A stretch of 64,000 bases of DNA, taken from positions 72,292,001-72,356,000 of the forward strand of contig NC_090331.1 of NCBI RefSeq assembly GCF_035084215.1. Direction: 5' to 3'. The stretch is from Heptranchias perlo (taxonomy: Eukaryota). Under the pieces are notes generated by a model. It made no database searches. It was not told the DNA's origin and saw only the letters and a program-made list of their open reading frames with translations. The position numbers and the translations under genes are program-made. Each line of letters opens with the position of its first letter. Position 1 is the stretch's first letter. Positions 1 through 10,837 of this stretch are shown piece after piece.

Positions 1-419
1 GGACCGTACTAAAGGTGAGCCCCGAGGGGGCGAGGGACCGTACTAAAGGTGAGCCCCGAGGGGGCGAGGGACCGTACTAAAGGTGAGCCCCGAGGGGGCG
101 AGGGGCCGTACTAAAGGTGAGCCCCGAGGGACCGTACTAAAGGTGAGCCCCGAGGGACCGTACTAAAGGTGAGCCCCGAGGGGGCGAGGGACCGTACTAA
201 AGGTGAGCCCCGAGGGGGCGAGGGACCGTACTAAAGGTGAGCCCCGAGGGGGCGAGGGACCGTACTAAAGGTGAGCCCCGAGGGGGCGAGGGACCGTACT
301 AAAGGTGAGCCCCGAGGGGGCGAGGGACCGTACTAAAGGTGAGCCCCGAGGGGGCGAGGGACCGTACTAAAGGTGAGCCACGAGGGGGCGAGGGACCGTA
401 CTAAAGGTGAACCCCGAGG
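1..419 (+). repeat. 34-bp tandem repeat (GGACCGTACTAAAGGTGAGCCCCGAGGGGGCGAG)n, about 13 units including two 26-bp variants; probably the 5' UTR array of the adjacent CR1 element
   Basis: Units start at 1, 35, 69, 103, 129, 155, 189 ... 393. There are no spacers. The array runs off the left window edge and leads into the CR1 leader and ORF1. Confidence 0.93.
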
Positions 420-1939
420 TTGTTTACAAATCCAGGTTCCGGGAGAGGGAAGCAAAAAGTATTTGTCGTGTGATATCATCAAAAAGCAGGTAAGTGATTG
501 GTTGGTGAGTATTTTCTTTCTCAATTTTTCTCAACTTATATTTTGTGGTTACTACGGTCTCTTTGTGTAGCGGGGACGACTGTTAAGCAGGGGCCCTTGA
601 GTATGTCACTTAATTCCAATGTGATTGGTGGGATCCATTTAATTTTAATTTAATTTAAATCAATTAAAGGGTAAGTCATGGCAGGACAGCTCGGCCCCGT
701 GGCATGCTCCTCCTGCTCTATGTGGGAAATCAGGGACACTTTGTCCCTGACGACCATGTGTGCGGGAAGTGTATCCAGCTGCAGCTACTGACAGACCGCA
801 TTGCGGCACTGGAGCTGCGGATGGAGACATACTGGTGCATTCGCGATGCTGAGAACCATGTGGATAGCACGTTTAGTGAGTTGGTCACACCGCAGGTAAA
901 GGGTGTACAGGCAGGAAGTGAATGGGTGACCACCAGGCAGAGTAAGAGTTAGAGGTGCAGGCAGGTAGTGCAGGGGTCCCCTGTGGCCATCCCCCTCTCA
1001 AACAGATATACCACTTTGGATACTGTTGGGGGGGATGACTTATCAGGGGAAGGCAGCAGCAGCAAACTTCCTGGCACCATGGGTGGCTCTGCTGCACAGG
1101 CTGGGAGGAAAAAGAGTGGAAGAGCTATAGTGATAGGGGACTCGATTGTAAGGGGAATAGACAGGCGTTTCTGCGGCCGCAACCGAGACTCCAGGATGGT
1201 GTGTTGCCTCCCTGGTGCAAGGGTCAAGGACGTCTCGGAGTGGCTACAGAACATTTTGGAGGGGGAGGGCGAACAGCCAGCTGTCGTGGTGCACATAGGC
1301 ACCAACGATATAGGTAAAAAAGGGGATGAGGTCCTAAAAGCAGAATATAGGGAGTTAGGAGGTAAATTAAAAAATAGGACCTCAAAGGTAGTAATCTCCA
1401 TACTTAAGAAAAGACATACTTGCTCTCGAGGCAGTACAAAGAAGGTTCACTCGGTTAATCCCGGGGATGAAGGGGTGGACATATGAGGAGAGGTTGAGTA
1501 GATTGGGACTCTACTCATTGGAGTTCAGAAGAATGAGAGGCGATCTTATTGAAACATATAAGATTGTGAAGGGGCTTGATCGGGTGGATGCGGTAAGGAT
1601 GTTCCCAAGGATGGGTGAAACTAGAACGAGGGGGCATAATCTTAGAATAAGGGGCTGCTCTTTCAAAACTGAGATGAGGAGAAACTTCTTCACTCAGAGG
1701 GTGGTAGGTCTGTGGAATTTGCTGCCCCAGGAAGCTGTGGAAGCTACATCATTAAATAAATTTAAAACAGAAATAGACAGTTTCCTAGAAGGAAAGGGAT
1801 TTAGGGGTTATGGGGAGCGGGCAGGAAATTGGACACGAATTTAGATTTGATGTTAGGATCAGATCAGCCATGATCTTATTGAATGGCGGAGCAAGCTCGA
1901 GGGGCCGATTGGCCTACTCCTGCTCCTATTTCTAAGAAA
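420..1939 (+). mobile_element. Internally deleted CR1-clade LINE: ORF1 (zinc finger, coiled coil, SGNH esterase) fused to the ORF2 C-terminus and 3' UTR
   Basis: ATG at 678 gives MAGQLGPVACSSCSMWE, then a frameshift to VCGKC; GDSIVRG and HIGTND esterase motifs follow (968-1399). At ~1400 the sequence jumps to PYLRKDILALEAVQRRFTRLIPGMKGWTYEERL...RGDLIE...RNFFTQRVV. The tail GATCAGCCATGATCTTATTGAATGGCGGAGCA...CCTACTCCTGCTCCT is of the shark HER1/HE1 type. Confidence 0.9.
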
Positions 1940-2199
1940 ATATCCCATGTACTTGGGTCTCTCATACACCACCCACCAGTCACTCTCAACACGGATGGAG
2001 TTACAGCGGCTGAAGTAAGAGGACAGGTCAGCACAGTCAGTACTGCACTCGTAGTGCCGACCCTGGAAGTTCCTGTCCTCGTAAAAGATGATCTGTGGAA
2101 AGACATAAGCTTGTAATTATTAATTTCACAAACTAGGAGATAATTAATGAAGAATTCTTATACAATGTATAAAATCTGAGTTCTCCTTGCCTTTCCCAT
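1940..2199 (-). pseudogene. Gamma-crystallin copy 0, disrupted in exon 2 by the CR1 insertion (exon 1 2191-2199, partial exon 2 1940-2092)
   Basis: MGK | [51 protein letters not shown], then antisense LINE tail. TATA box reads CATAAA (2261-2266). Confidence 0.9.
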
Positions 2200-2671
2200 T
2201 TTGAGCTCACAGTTAGATTAGTAACTGACTGAATGTTCCACTGTTTCTCACAGCTTGGTATTTATGTGCTGGGCAGAAAGGCCTCCCTCGGCTGTACTTT
2301 TGTTACACGAATGATTCAGGATTGAAAATCAGTAAAAAGCAACAAAACACATGTTGCATTCATTGTCGAAAAATACCTGAGTTATGGGTGATGCGTCATT
2401 GATTGTTTTCAGTTTGCTTTCACCTCATTTAAATTGTTATACAAATAACAGACCAGATTTAGAGTCTATTTCACTTCCACCTTACAATTATATATCTCAA
2501 ACACAGCATTAAAGCTGGAAGTGTGTTGGAGTGCAGAAAGGATATCATTGCGAATATACATCCAGAATACAGAAACAAAGGCAGCTGATGTCATGGTGTC
2601 ATTTCTCGATAAGAGGATGAAAAGAAGACCAGAGACCGGAGGAAGGGGGCTGAGAAGGCTGGAGACATTGT

Positions 2672-2867
2672 GTGCTAAACTTTCAACTCCAGTCGTGGTG
2701 TAAACAGGCGAGATCGGATCGATTGCCCATTATACACTCCCCTCCTCCACACCCAGATTTTCCTTTCCATTGTAGTCAAAGTCAAGATAAATCGGGCGAG
2801 CCGTACAATGGACAGCTGATCCGTTATTGCCTGTCGAAAGCCCCCACTGATGTTGAAAGTTCCGATG
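2672..2867. mobile_element. Palindromic MITE-like element (copies near 14280-14460, 25890-26070, 37500-37695)
   Basis: Left arm AACTTTCAAC...CAGGCGAGATCGGATC is an imperfect inverted match to right arm GATCCGTTATTGCCTG...GTTGAAAGTT. Confidence 0.6.
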
Positions 2868-4857
2868 AGTGTGATTTATGTCCTATTGTACGTGCTATAT
2901 AACTCAACACCGATTTACATTACATACCATTGCCATTCACCAATACACTAATATCCTTTCCTATGCTGTATTCTGTGCACTAACACCATTTAGTTTATAA
3001 TTCCAGTGTTTATTATTCTTCCCTTTTCTTATCACTTTGCACTTGTGTAAGGATTTTGGACATTTGGTCAAACCCCATTTACTCTTTTGAACTAATTGAC
3101 GATTCAACATAAAGAGTTAACCAGTCTCTTTCAGGATTTGGACATTCACTTGGATTCTGTCTCTCTTCTTCTGTTACAAGCTAGAGTGTTTATTGCTTTA
3201 CTTGTTTTAAATCACTTCAACCATTTACCAAACATTCTTCTTAATGAGATTACATCTCAAAAACACAAAGAGAAGGGCTTGGAGTTGGAAATTCCAAATC
3301 CAGCTGTTCTGTGTACATCAGTGTGTGAGATAGACAGGGTTAATTTCAGACAGGCTGCTCGCAAAAAGGAGAGAGCGAGACCTTGGAAGATCAGACAGAA
3401 AAGCTTGCCTGTCTCTCCCATGTTTTCTCTCGCCATATTTTGTTGGGTTGCTTAGAAATTTAGTGCGATTGTCGCAGTGCTTTAGTCAAGTGTATAAAAT
3501 TTTTTAAGTTTCTTAATTTCAGTTAGTTCCCCCGGTGATAGAAGGAAATCTGATGTATTCACGGAGAAAAGTAACAGTGTAAGGTGGCCAACCACAACCA
3601 CCACGAAGGTCCAATAAAGGCACCTGAAGGAAATCAGAAAGCAAATGAATTGGCTAAGAAAGGGGGGATGGGGGAATGGATTGAGAGCGAGTGGAAATGT
3701 TTCCCCCAATGGAAAATAATCAGCCTGAGAAATTGCCCAACCCAATCAATTTGAAACAATTATAAAAAGAAGAACCTGAAATAAAGGCAGTCTTGGTGAT
3801 GGTAGAAAAGAAAGAAAGTCCAAGGGGAGAATATGATAATCAACCCGAATTAAAGGTGAAAGATGGGATCCTGCTGTATGACCAAAAGTGGGTGGTACCA
3901 CAGAATGAGTGAAATGCTTTTCCTTACCAAGCCCAGGACGCACCCACTTCAGGACACCCCGGGGAACATTAGAGAGGCTCCAGCATGGAATGAAAAGCCA
4001 GGTGGAGCATTATTGTCAAAACTGTTTAATTTGTGTACAGCACAACCCGGATGCGAATGCCAAGAAGACACTGTTACACCACACCCGGCCGACAGCTGGC
4101 CCTTGGACCAATCTACAGACAGGCTACATTGGGCCCTTTCTCCCTTTCTCTCGAGGTTATCGGTATGTGGTGGTACTAGTAGACACAGTCTCAAAGTGAG
4201 TAGTAGCATTTCAAACCCCCATTGCAACAGCACAGGCCACTGCTAAAATACTGGTGAATCACGTATTCACCAGATGGGGATTCCCAAAGTCCATCGACTC
4301 GGACCAATGTGTTGGGAATCAAAACACGATTCCATATTTCACATAATCCTTCCCCGTCAGGCTTAGTGGAGAGAACGAACCGAACATTAAAAGCAATGTT
4401 AAAGAATTTGATTGAGCAATCCCCCAAAACATGGGACCAATTGCTGCCCTCGAATGGGAATGGGAAGTTGGGATGGGTATAAGAGGAAGAAGTTGGACTA
4501 GATTGTAAATGCACAGGAGAGAGTGGTACACCAATCCTCTCCCTGGCTTGGAAAAAGGGAGCGATCCTGGATGGTAACATTGAAAGAGACCTAATTAAGG
4601 AAACCTTAAAGACTAGAATTTAATAAAAGGCATGAGGGTTGTTTAGCTGTGGCACTAGCTTTTACAAATATGGGAATTAATGTTGACTGCGACAATGTTA
4701 CAACCACCTCACTCACCAATGGAGGCGGGGAGATGAGAATGATTAGGAATCAGAGTCATGGCTGGAAACAGCAGCCTGGAACCAGATAGACATAGAGAGC
4801 ATGCGGGAACAAATGAAGGAACTTTTAAAGAGCATGAATAAAGGGGATCGAGATCTG

Positions 4858-5644
4858 GGCCCTGATTTTCAAATAAAATTGCGGGTGCGTTGGGGGCAGG
4901 GGGACTGCGACAATCAGGAAAATCACAAGTGGGTGAAGAAGCCGCCGACTTCCGGGTTTCCCAATGACGTGCCTGTGTGCGCGTGCGCTACACGAATGCA
5001 GAAGTCCTGCCGGCAATTAAAACCAGCGGGACGATAGTTAAAGAACCAAACGTATCTCATTGAGGTACTTAAAGTATTTTATTTCTGACATAGTACAGAG
5101 TTAAAACGATTGAAAACTTACCTGGGCAGCTTTCCCACAGCTTCCAATTCACGCCTGGTGAAACCTGATGTGAAGGGCTTGGTCAGGCAAAAATAATCGT
5201 AATAATTTAAATAAAAAATAAACCAACTTTGCCACCGATGTCTCCTGCACCCCCCTGCTCTGATGTCGGATGTCCCCCTCTCTGATGTCCCCCTCTCCCC
5301 CTGATGTCCCCCCTCTCTGTCGTCCCTCTCAGCCCCCAATGTCTCCCACTCCGATGCTCCACTCAGCCCCCGGCGTCTCCCCCCCCGATCTCCCCCTCAC
5401 TCTCCCCCCGGATCTCCCTCTCTCCACCACCCCCCCCGATCTTCCCCTCTCCCCCCCCCACAATCTACAGCGCTCTCCACTCTCTGTTCCAGCACTGGAT
5501 GATGTGTGTCTCTCTCTCTCTCTCTATTTCTCTCCACCACTCACCTCGGCGTAGCAGCTCCTGTTGGCAGCCAGTCTGTCAATCAGGCTGACTGACGGGC
5601 GCGAAACCCCACTGCCATCACGCCACCTTTTTAAAATTGAGCCC
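4858..5644. mobile_element. Non-autonomous Harbinger-type DNA transposon inserted in the ERV env, with a C-rich low-complexity core
   Basis: Imperfect TIRs GGCCCTGATTTT and AAAATTGAGCCC; 3-bp TSD CTG (4855-4857, 5645-5647). Removing it restores the env frame DRDL-IYETQ. Confidence 0.8.
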
Positions 5645-6500
5645 CTGATATATGAAACCCAATAGGATACAGTATCGAGAGCCAAAATAACAAAAGGCAC
5701 GGAGCAAATAATGGGAAGAGTAAATGACATAATGGACTCAAACACAATATAACGGGATATGTTGGGAAATAAAAGGTCCAAGAAGAGGTTAAGTAAAATA
5801 AACAAACAATATAACTTAGACCAGGTTGGGAATGTTTACTCTATGTTTCAATAATGAAATTGGGACAACCGGAGGCAACGGAGAAATTATATTTAACAAG
5901 AATTATCCACAAAATGGATAATGGTAAAAGGAGAGCTGGAGAATCTTTTAAGTCCAAGATTTCTTGAGAATATTGCACACTGTAATTTTCTGACAAACTT
6001 GGTGAAGATGAAACGAGCTAATGCATTTATAGATTAAAAAAATACAAAAGCTAGTAGATCATGAGTGGTGTGAGACAGTACATAATGTTGGACAACACAC
6101 ATGGGTTAGAATGTTTAGTATGGCTTTAATAAGCAACGTTTACTAATGTTTATGATGATAATCTGCTTATGTGTAATGGGATGTTTAATTCACAACCATG
6201 GCAAAGCAATATTCTTTCTGCATATGTCACGGCAAACCCGTCCTACACAGGAACATGACCCAATGATAAAGGAAACTTACCAATCACGGACAATGCTCAA
6301 AGTGTGTGAAAGTGGATTGGTCAAAAGATTAGTCAGATCCACTTGAGGAGGGACTGTAAGGATTTTGGACATTGGGTCAAACCTCATTTTATTATTTTGA
6401 ACGACTGGATGATTCAATATAAAGGGTTAACCAGTCCCTTTAAGGATTTGGACATTCACTTCGATCATACATTTACATTACATTTGACAACAAGGGATAA

Positions 6501-7383
6501 CGGGCCGCCCACTGATCCGAAACACTGTCTCCTCTCGGGCGGTGAGGACGTGTAAACGTGCCCATCCACCCTCAAGTCCCTCCTGCTGCCGGCCGTTATG
6601 TGCCACCTTCTCCTGCAAAACAGAGGACAGTTTGTCAGTGAGTATCCTGCAAGGAATGTGGGTGATATGTCTGTCATGGTCGAATAGCTGTCAGTTTCTG
6701 TGACCTGTGAGTGGTGGTTGTGTGGCCTGCAAGTGTAGAACTATGTTCGGGTGAGATGCAGCGTACTGAGTGCAGCATTGCTTGTAGATGGGCAGTGTTT
6801 GTTGGTGGGTGGGTGACGGGGAGTGTGATGTGTGTGGCAGTAATGCATTTGGTAGGATGTGCTACTTGACACTTGCATTCACTCACCTTGACCACTCGTG
6901 TCAAATCATTGAACTTCTTTCAGCACTGCATGACATGGCGGGTGCAGTGCTCCTGGCGTTGAAATCCTGCGCCACAGCCTGCCAATGCCTGCGGAGCTGC
7001 AGTCCGGAGGGACTCCTGCCACCCTTCCGTACACCCCTTCCACCAGGGCCTCCAGAGCATCATCGGAATAGCGTGGAGCCCTCTTTCGTGGTGGTCCAGC
7101 TATCCTCATGGCCATCTTTCCCTCCTGCAAGTAAGCAGTGTACCTGCCATTTGCAGTGTGCACCGGCACTTTTAAGAGGTGCGGGCTGCTGATGACGTGC
7201 GCTGTGCACGCCCCATTTCCAACTTCCTCATTCTCCGTGTAGCCTCTCAGCTGCACAGAGATATCATGGTGGGTAGCTGGCAGCACGAAGTTCACGTGCT
7301 GCCTGCGTAGGGTCCATCGGGCGCGGGGTACAATCACATCATGCCACCCCCGCCCGAAAACGGCCCATATCGAATTTTACCCC
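6501..7383 (-). mobile_element. Truncated Harbinger transposon encoding a Myb/SANT-like DNA-binding protein fragment, inside the 3' LTR
   Basis: RKRAPRYSDDALEALVEGV ... WQAVAQDFNARSTAP ... QC.KKFNDLTRVVK|GTGAGT intron ...TTGCAG|EKVAHN; terminal GGGGTAAAATT; frameshifted. Confidence 0.8.
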
Positions 7384-7789
7384 AATGTCTCTAAACGTTG
7401 ATGAAAAGACAAAACTTGATGAGACAAACTTCGACATATCACCTGTTACCAAAGAAATCAATTCCCTACTTTCGGACCTGAACGACTGCTTTGACCTAGA
7501 CGACTGCTTTCATGGGTAAGGTTGTATCATTTCTTTGCTCGCTTTGTTTTGAGCCTCCTCATGTGCTCTTTCAAATCATTAAGTAAGGAACATCGCAAAT
7601 CCCCACTTGCATTATCGGGAAGAGTAATCCTTCTATTAATTGAGTGGCTTCATGCTGGCCATGTGCTCTTTTTAAATTACTAAATAAAAAATCACTGTGA
7701 GCCACAAAACTAACACATCAGGTGGCTTTCTTTGTCTGTGCTATCGTCCAGATCCATGAATCTCTGGGAAAGACCCGAAATTCCCGACA

Positions 7790-8450
7790 CTTGTCACAAT
7801 TTTACAACCAATTTATCGTCTGTCCAGAATGCTCTGCACCTGATCAACCTGCTTTTGATTGTTTGCAATCCCCACCATGGTGTCATTAGAAAATTTGGGC
7901 AGTTTTGACTCTATCCCCACTTCCAAATCATTGATATATAATGTGAATAGCAAAGGTCCCAGCACAGATCCCTGGGGCACCCTCAATCATTTCCCATCAT
8001 TCGGAACCAGCTCCATGCACAATAACTCGCTGTCTCAATTGATGCAGTCAGTTGCCAAACCAATTCAATAACTGCTCATCTAATCTATGCTTTGCTGTCT
8101 TTTGGATCAAACTACAATGTGGCACTGAATCAAAAGCCTCACTGTAGTCTGTACAAACAATATTCATGGAGTTTCTTTCATCCATAACCTCCAATACCAC
8201 CTCAAAGAATTCCAACAGGGTTCCCTCCATAAAGTTGTGCTAATTTATCTTGGTGGCTTCATATGCCTTTGGCGTTAAATGATGCCCTTCGTTAAGATAA
8301 TATCTGAACATTTTCCCAACAACAGACGTCAGGCTCATCAGCCTATAATTTCCAGGACCGTCCTTTTGCCCTTTTTTTAATTACACTGGTTGTGTCCCTT
8401 TCTCTCCAATCCTTGGGCACAACTCCTGACCTTAAAGACCTCCACCAAAA
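7790..8450 (-). mobile_element. Old degenerate CR1 RT fragment, host of the ERV; continues left of the ERV at ~2880-3045; present in every unit
   Basis: NYRL.SL, LLEFFE, D.SEAFDSVPH and VPQGSVLGPLLF.LYINDL motifs. Joining the ERV flanks restores D-K-C-K-V-I. Confidence 0.8.
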
Positions 8451-9999
8451 CATAACCAATTTTCTTGGCTTCTTGCTTAGGTACCCTAGTGTGCTGGCTT
8501 TGGTGTCTTACCCTCTTTCAGTGCCTTTAACATTTCAGTCACTTCCTTTTCAGTAGCAACCTGTAATCCTTGCTTTGATCAATGTATTTTAACAATGCTA
8601 ATACTGGTATTTTTGAATTTACTTCTGTTTTATAATTGGTGATACACGTACACTTATGAGGAGAGAATCAGAAAACCAGTAGCTGCTTGTTGTTTTGACC
8701 AAAGCAACAGTGCAAAAGTCCTTCAATCAGTATATGTGTAACAGATATAATTACCATGCAAAACTTTCAGATTGGAGTTATAAGCAAATTTGTACACACA
8801 TTCTTGCTGTGAAAGGTGTTCTCTGTGATATAGAAGGTAAATGTATCTTGTTTGCTTGTACCATAGATAAATGGACACTTTACTCACTCTTCAATTCATC
8901 TCACAGACATCTCCGATGAAAGGCTCAACAGGCAGTAGAACCATAGTTTTTTATATGTCTGAAACCAAGCAAAATAAATCTTTTGATCTGAGGATGAGGA
9001 GGTTGATTTGCTACAGACTTGTACAGGAGTGGAGCTAATCACCTGAATATCATCACTTTAACGGCACTGAGAGTCCGTCAGAAGGAATGTAACTTTGAAG
9101 TAGTTTACAGCATAGTCACTTGACTTCTCGGACATGAGCTTGACTCTAACTCAACCCACTGAGGCAACCTGGGATCATTTGAACTGATTCAGAAGCCAAA
9201 GGATGGCTGTTGGAATAAAAATCTCAGATTGGTTGCAGTTGTCTGTGCCGCTGTGAGGGTAGGGTTAGGGCACGTTGTTAGGGCAGAAGATTGAGAGCTT
9301 CATCCTGCATTTGAACTTTGTTGTATTGGCCCATGAAAGCTTGATGTTTATAGAGATCGAAACAAGTTCCATCACCTAAAACTTGCACAATTCACCTCAA
9401 TCACACAAAATACTACCCTCTTTAAACCAGTTGGGAGCTATTTAATATTGACCTGTATTTTTACCTGAGGAGATTAGAAAGTTATTATATTTGATGAGAA
9501 AATTTCTGATAAATCACTGCATTAATTATAAATATTCACGTAACATTTTTTATCATTGATTGGTGCTGATATTACCAGCAGGAATTGATATTTTTTCTGA
9601 GGTTGCGTTCCAACAGCACTGATTGAGTTATTTTTGCCATGTGATATGTTTTACAATGTGTTTCTTTCAATGAATCACATTCTCTTAGAGCTGTGGATGT
9701 CAGGGAAATTGAACTAAATCATTAAATGCTTTCTGCTTGAAATGTGCCTGACCTTTATTTCAGATTTCTTTGGCAAATTGAAATGCTAAAGAATTGACCA
9801 CCTGTGATTATGGGCCAAGCAGTCCTCATTCATAGTGACACACATTTTCAATCTCTCTTCTTTGAAGTCACAACATTAAATTGTCAATGTTATTGATTGA
9901 GTTTACAAGGCCAAATTCCTTCAGGTTGAAATCCCGGGAATCCAGCAGAAAGGTTGAGAAAAATGTCGGTTGCTGGATAGGCCAGGTCGGGATCTTAGT

Positions 10000-10395
10000 G
10001 TTAGCCATGGCTCAGTTGTCGCACTCTCGTCTCTGAGTTAGAAGGTTGTAGGTTTAAGTCGCACTCCAGAGATTTGAGCACAAAACCTAGGCTGATACTT
10101 TAGTGCAGTACTGAGGGAACACTGTAATCTACTGACAGAGACTCTCGTCTCAAGATCTGGGCAGTTCTCCCCGATGTCCATTCCAATATTTATCCCTCGA
10201 CCAACATCACTAAAAACAGATGATCTGGTTATTGATCGCATTTCAGTTAGTGAGAGCTTGCTGTGCGCAAATTGTCTGCCGTGTTTCCTCCATTACAACA
10301 GTGACTGCACTTCTAAAGTGCTTAATTGGCTGTAAAGCACATTGGCACATCCTGAGGTTGTGAAAGGGGCTATATAAATACAAGTTCTTTCTTTT
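10000..10395 (+). mobile_element. tRNA-derived DeuSINE (SacSINE1-like)
   Basis: A box TGGCTCAGTTG, degenerate B box, Deu-type core GTTCTCCCC..GTCC..CCAATATTTATCCCTC, L2-like tail GCTATATAAATACAAGTTCTTTCTTT. Confidence 0.8.
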
Positions 10396-10782
10396 AGTTG
10401 GGCATTCCTAATCAGCCTTGTAAGTAGGCCCAGTGAGATCTGCTATATCACCCTCATGAAAGGTGTAAATAGACCTCACCGGAAGAGATGCAGGATTGGG
10501 AAATGACTCCTCCAAGTCCCGTACAAATGAGCTGATCTCCTATTGGCCACGCAAACCCCACCCAGATCGGTACTGATTGGCACCGGTGGGCACAATTCTG
10601 CATCTCTAATTACATTTCCAATGTAATTTTCTGCATCACTAATTACTCACTTTAATGATATTCATATAGCTACGGTAAAATATTCTGCATGAGACCACCT
10701 GATACCATCACTGTTTTGGACAATTTCATTGCGGATCAGAAAATAAGTCAATTAAGCAAAATGACAGTGTAATAGTGGATCT

Positions 10783-10788
10783 TTTATT
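10783..10788 (-). terminator. AATAAA polyadenylation signal of gene A (equivalents 22393-22398, 34003-34008, 48587-48592, 59560-59565)
   Basis: TTTATT on the + strand about 50 nt past the stop codon, conserved in all five genes. Confidence 0.75.
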
Positions 10789-10837
10789 ATGTTGGCTAAT
10801 GATTCAACAACATAAAGTCATGTTTTACAATGATAGA

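Larger units (their letters stand above)
3046..7789 (+). mobile_element. Decayed env-bearing endogenous retrovirus, unit 0
   Basis: Begins TGTAAGGATTTTGGAC at 3046; the same sequence recurs at 6355 after the PPT GAGGAGGGA; ends ...TTCCCGACA at 7789. TSD CTTG at 3042-3045 and 7790-7793. RNase H end EGNQKANELAKKG (~3626), integrase HHCC and YIGPF...VD core, env remnants 4455-6346. Confidence 0.88.

Noticed and set aside
1-419. CRISPR-like array of 34-bp repeats
   Set aside because: Repeats are contiguous with no unique spacers, there are no cas genes, and the context is vertebrate.
9100-9400. Possible ancient SINE remnants (also ~13300-13510)
   Set aside because: They share a weak GAGCTTCAT.CT..AT motif but are too degenerate to bound or name without a search.
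10000-10075. tRNA gene
   Set aside because: The A/B boxes belong to a degenerate SINE head; no convincing cloverleaf.
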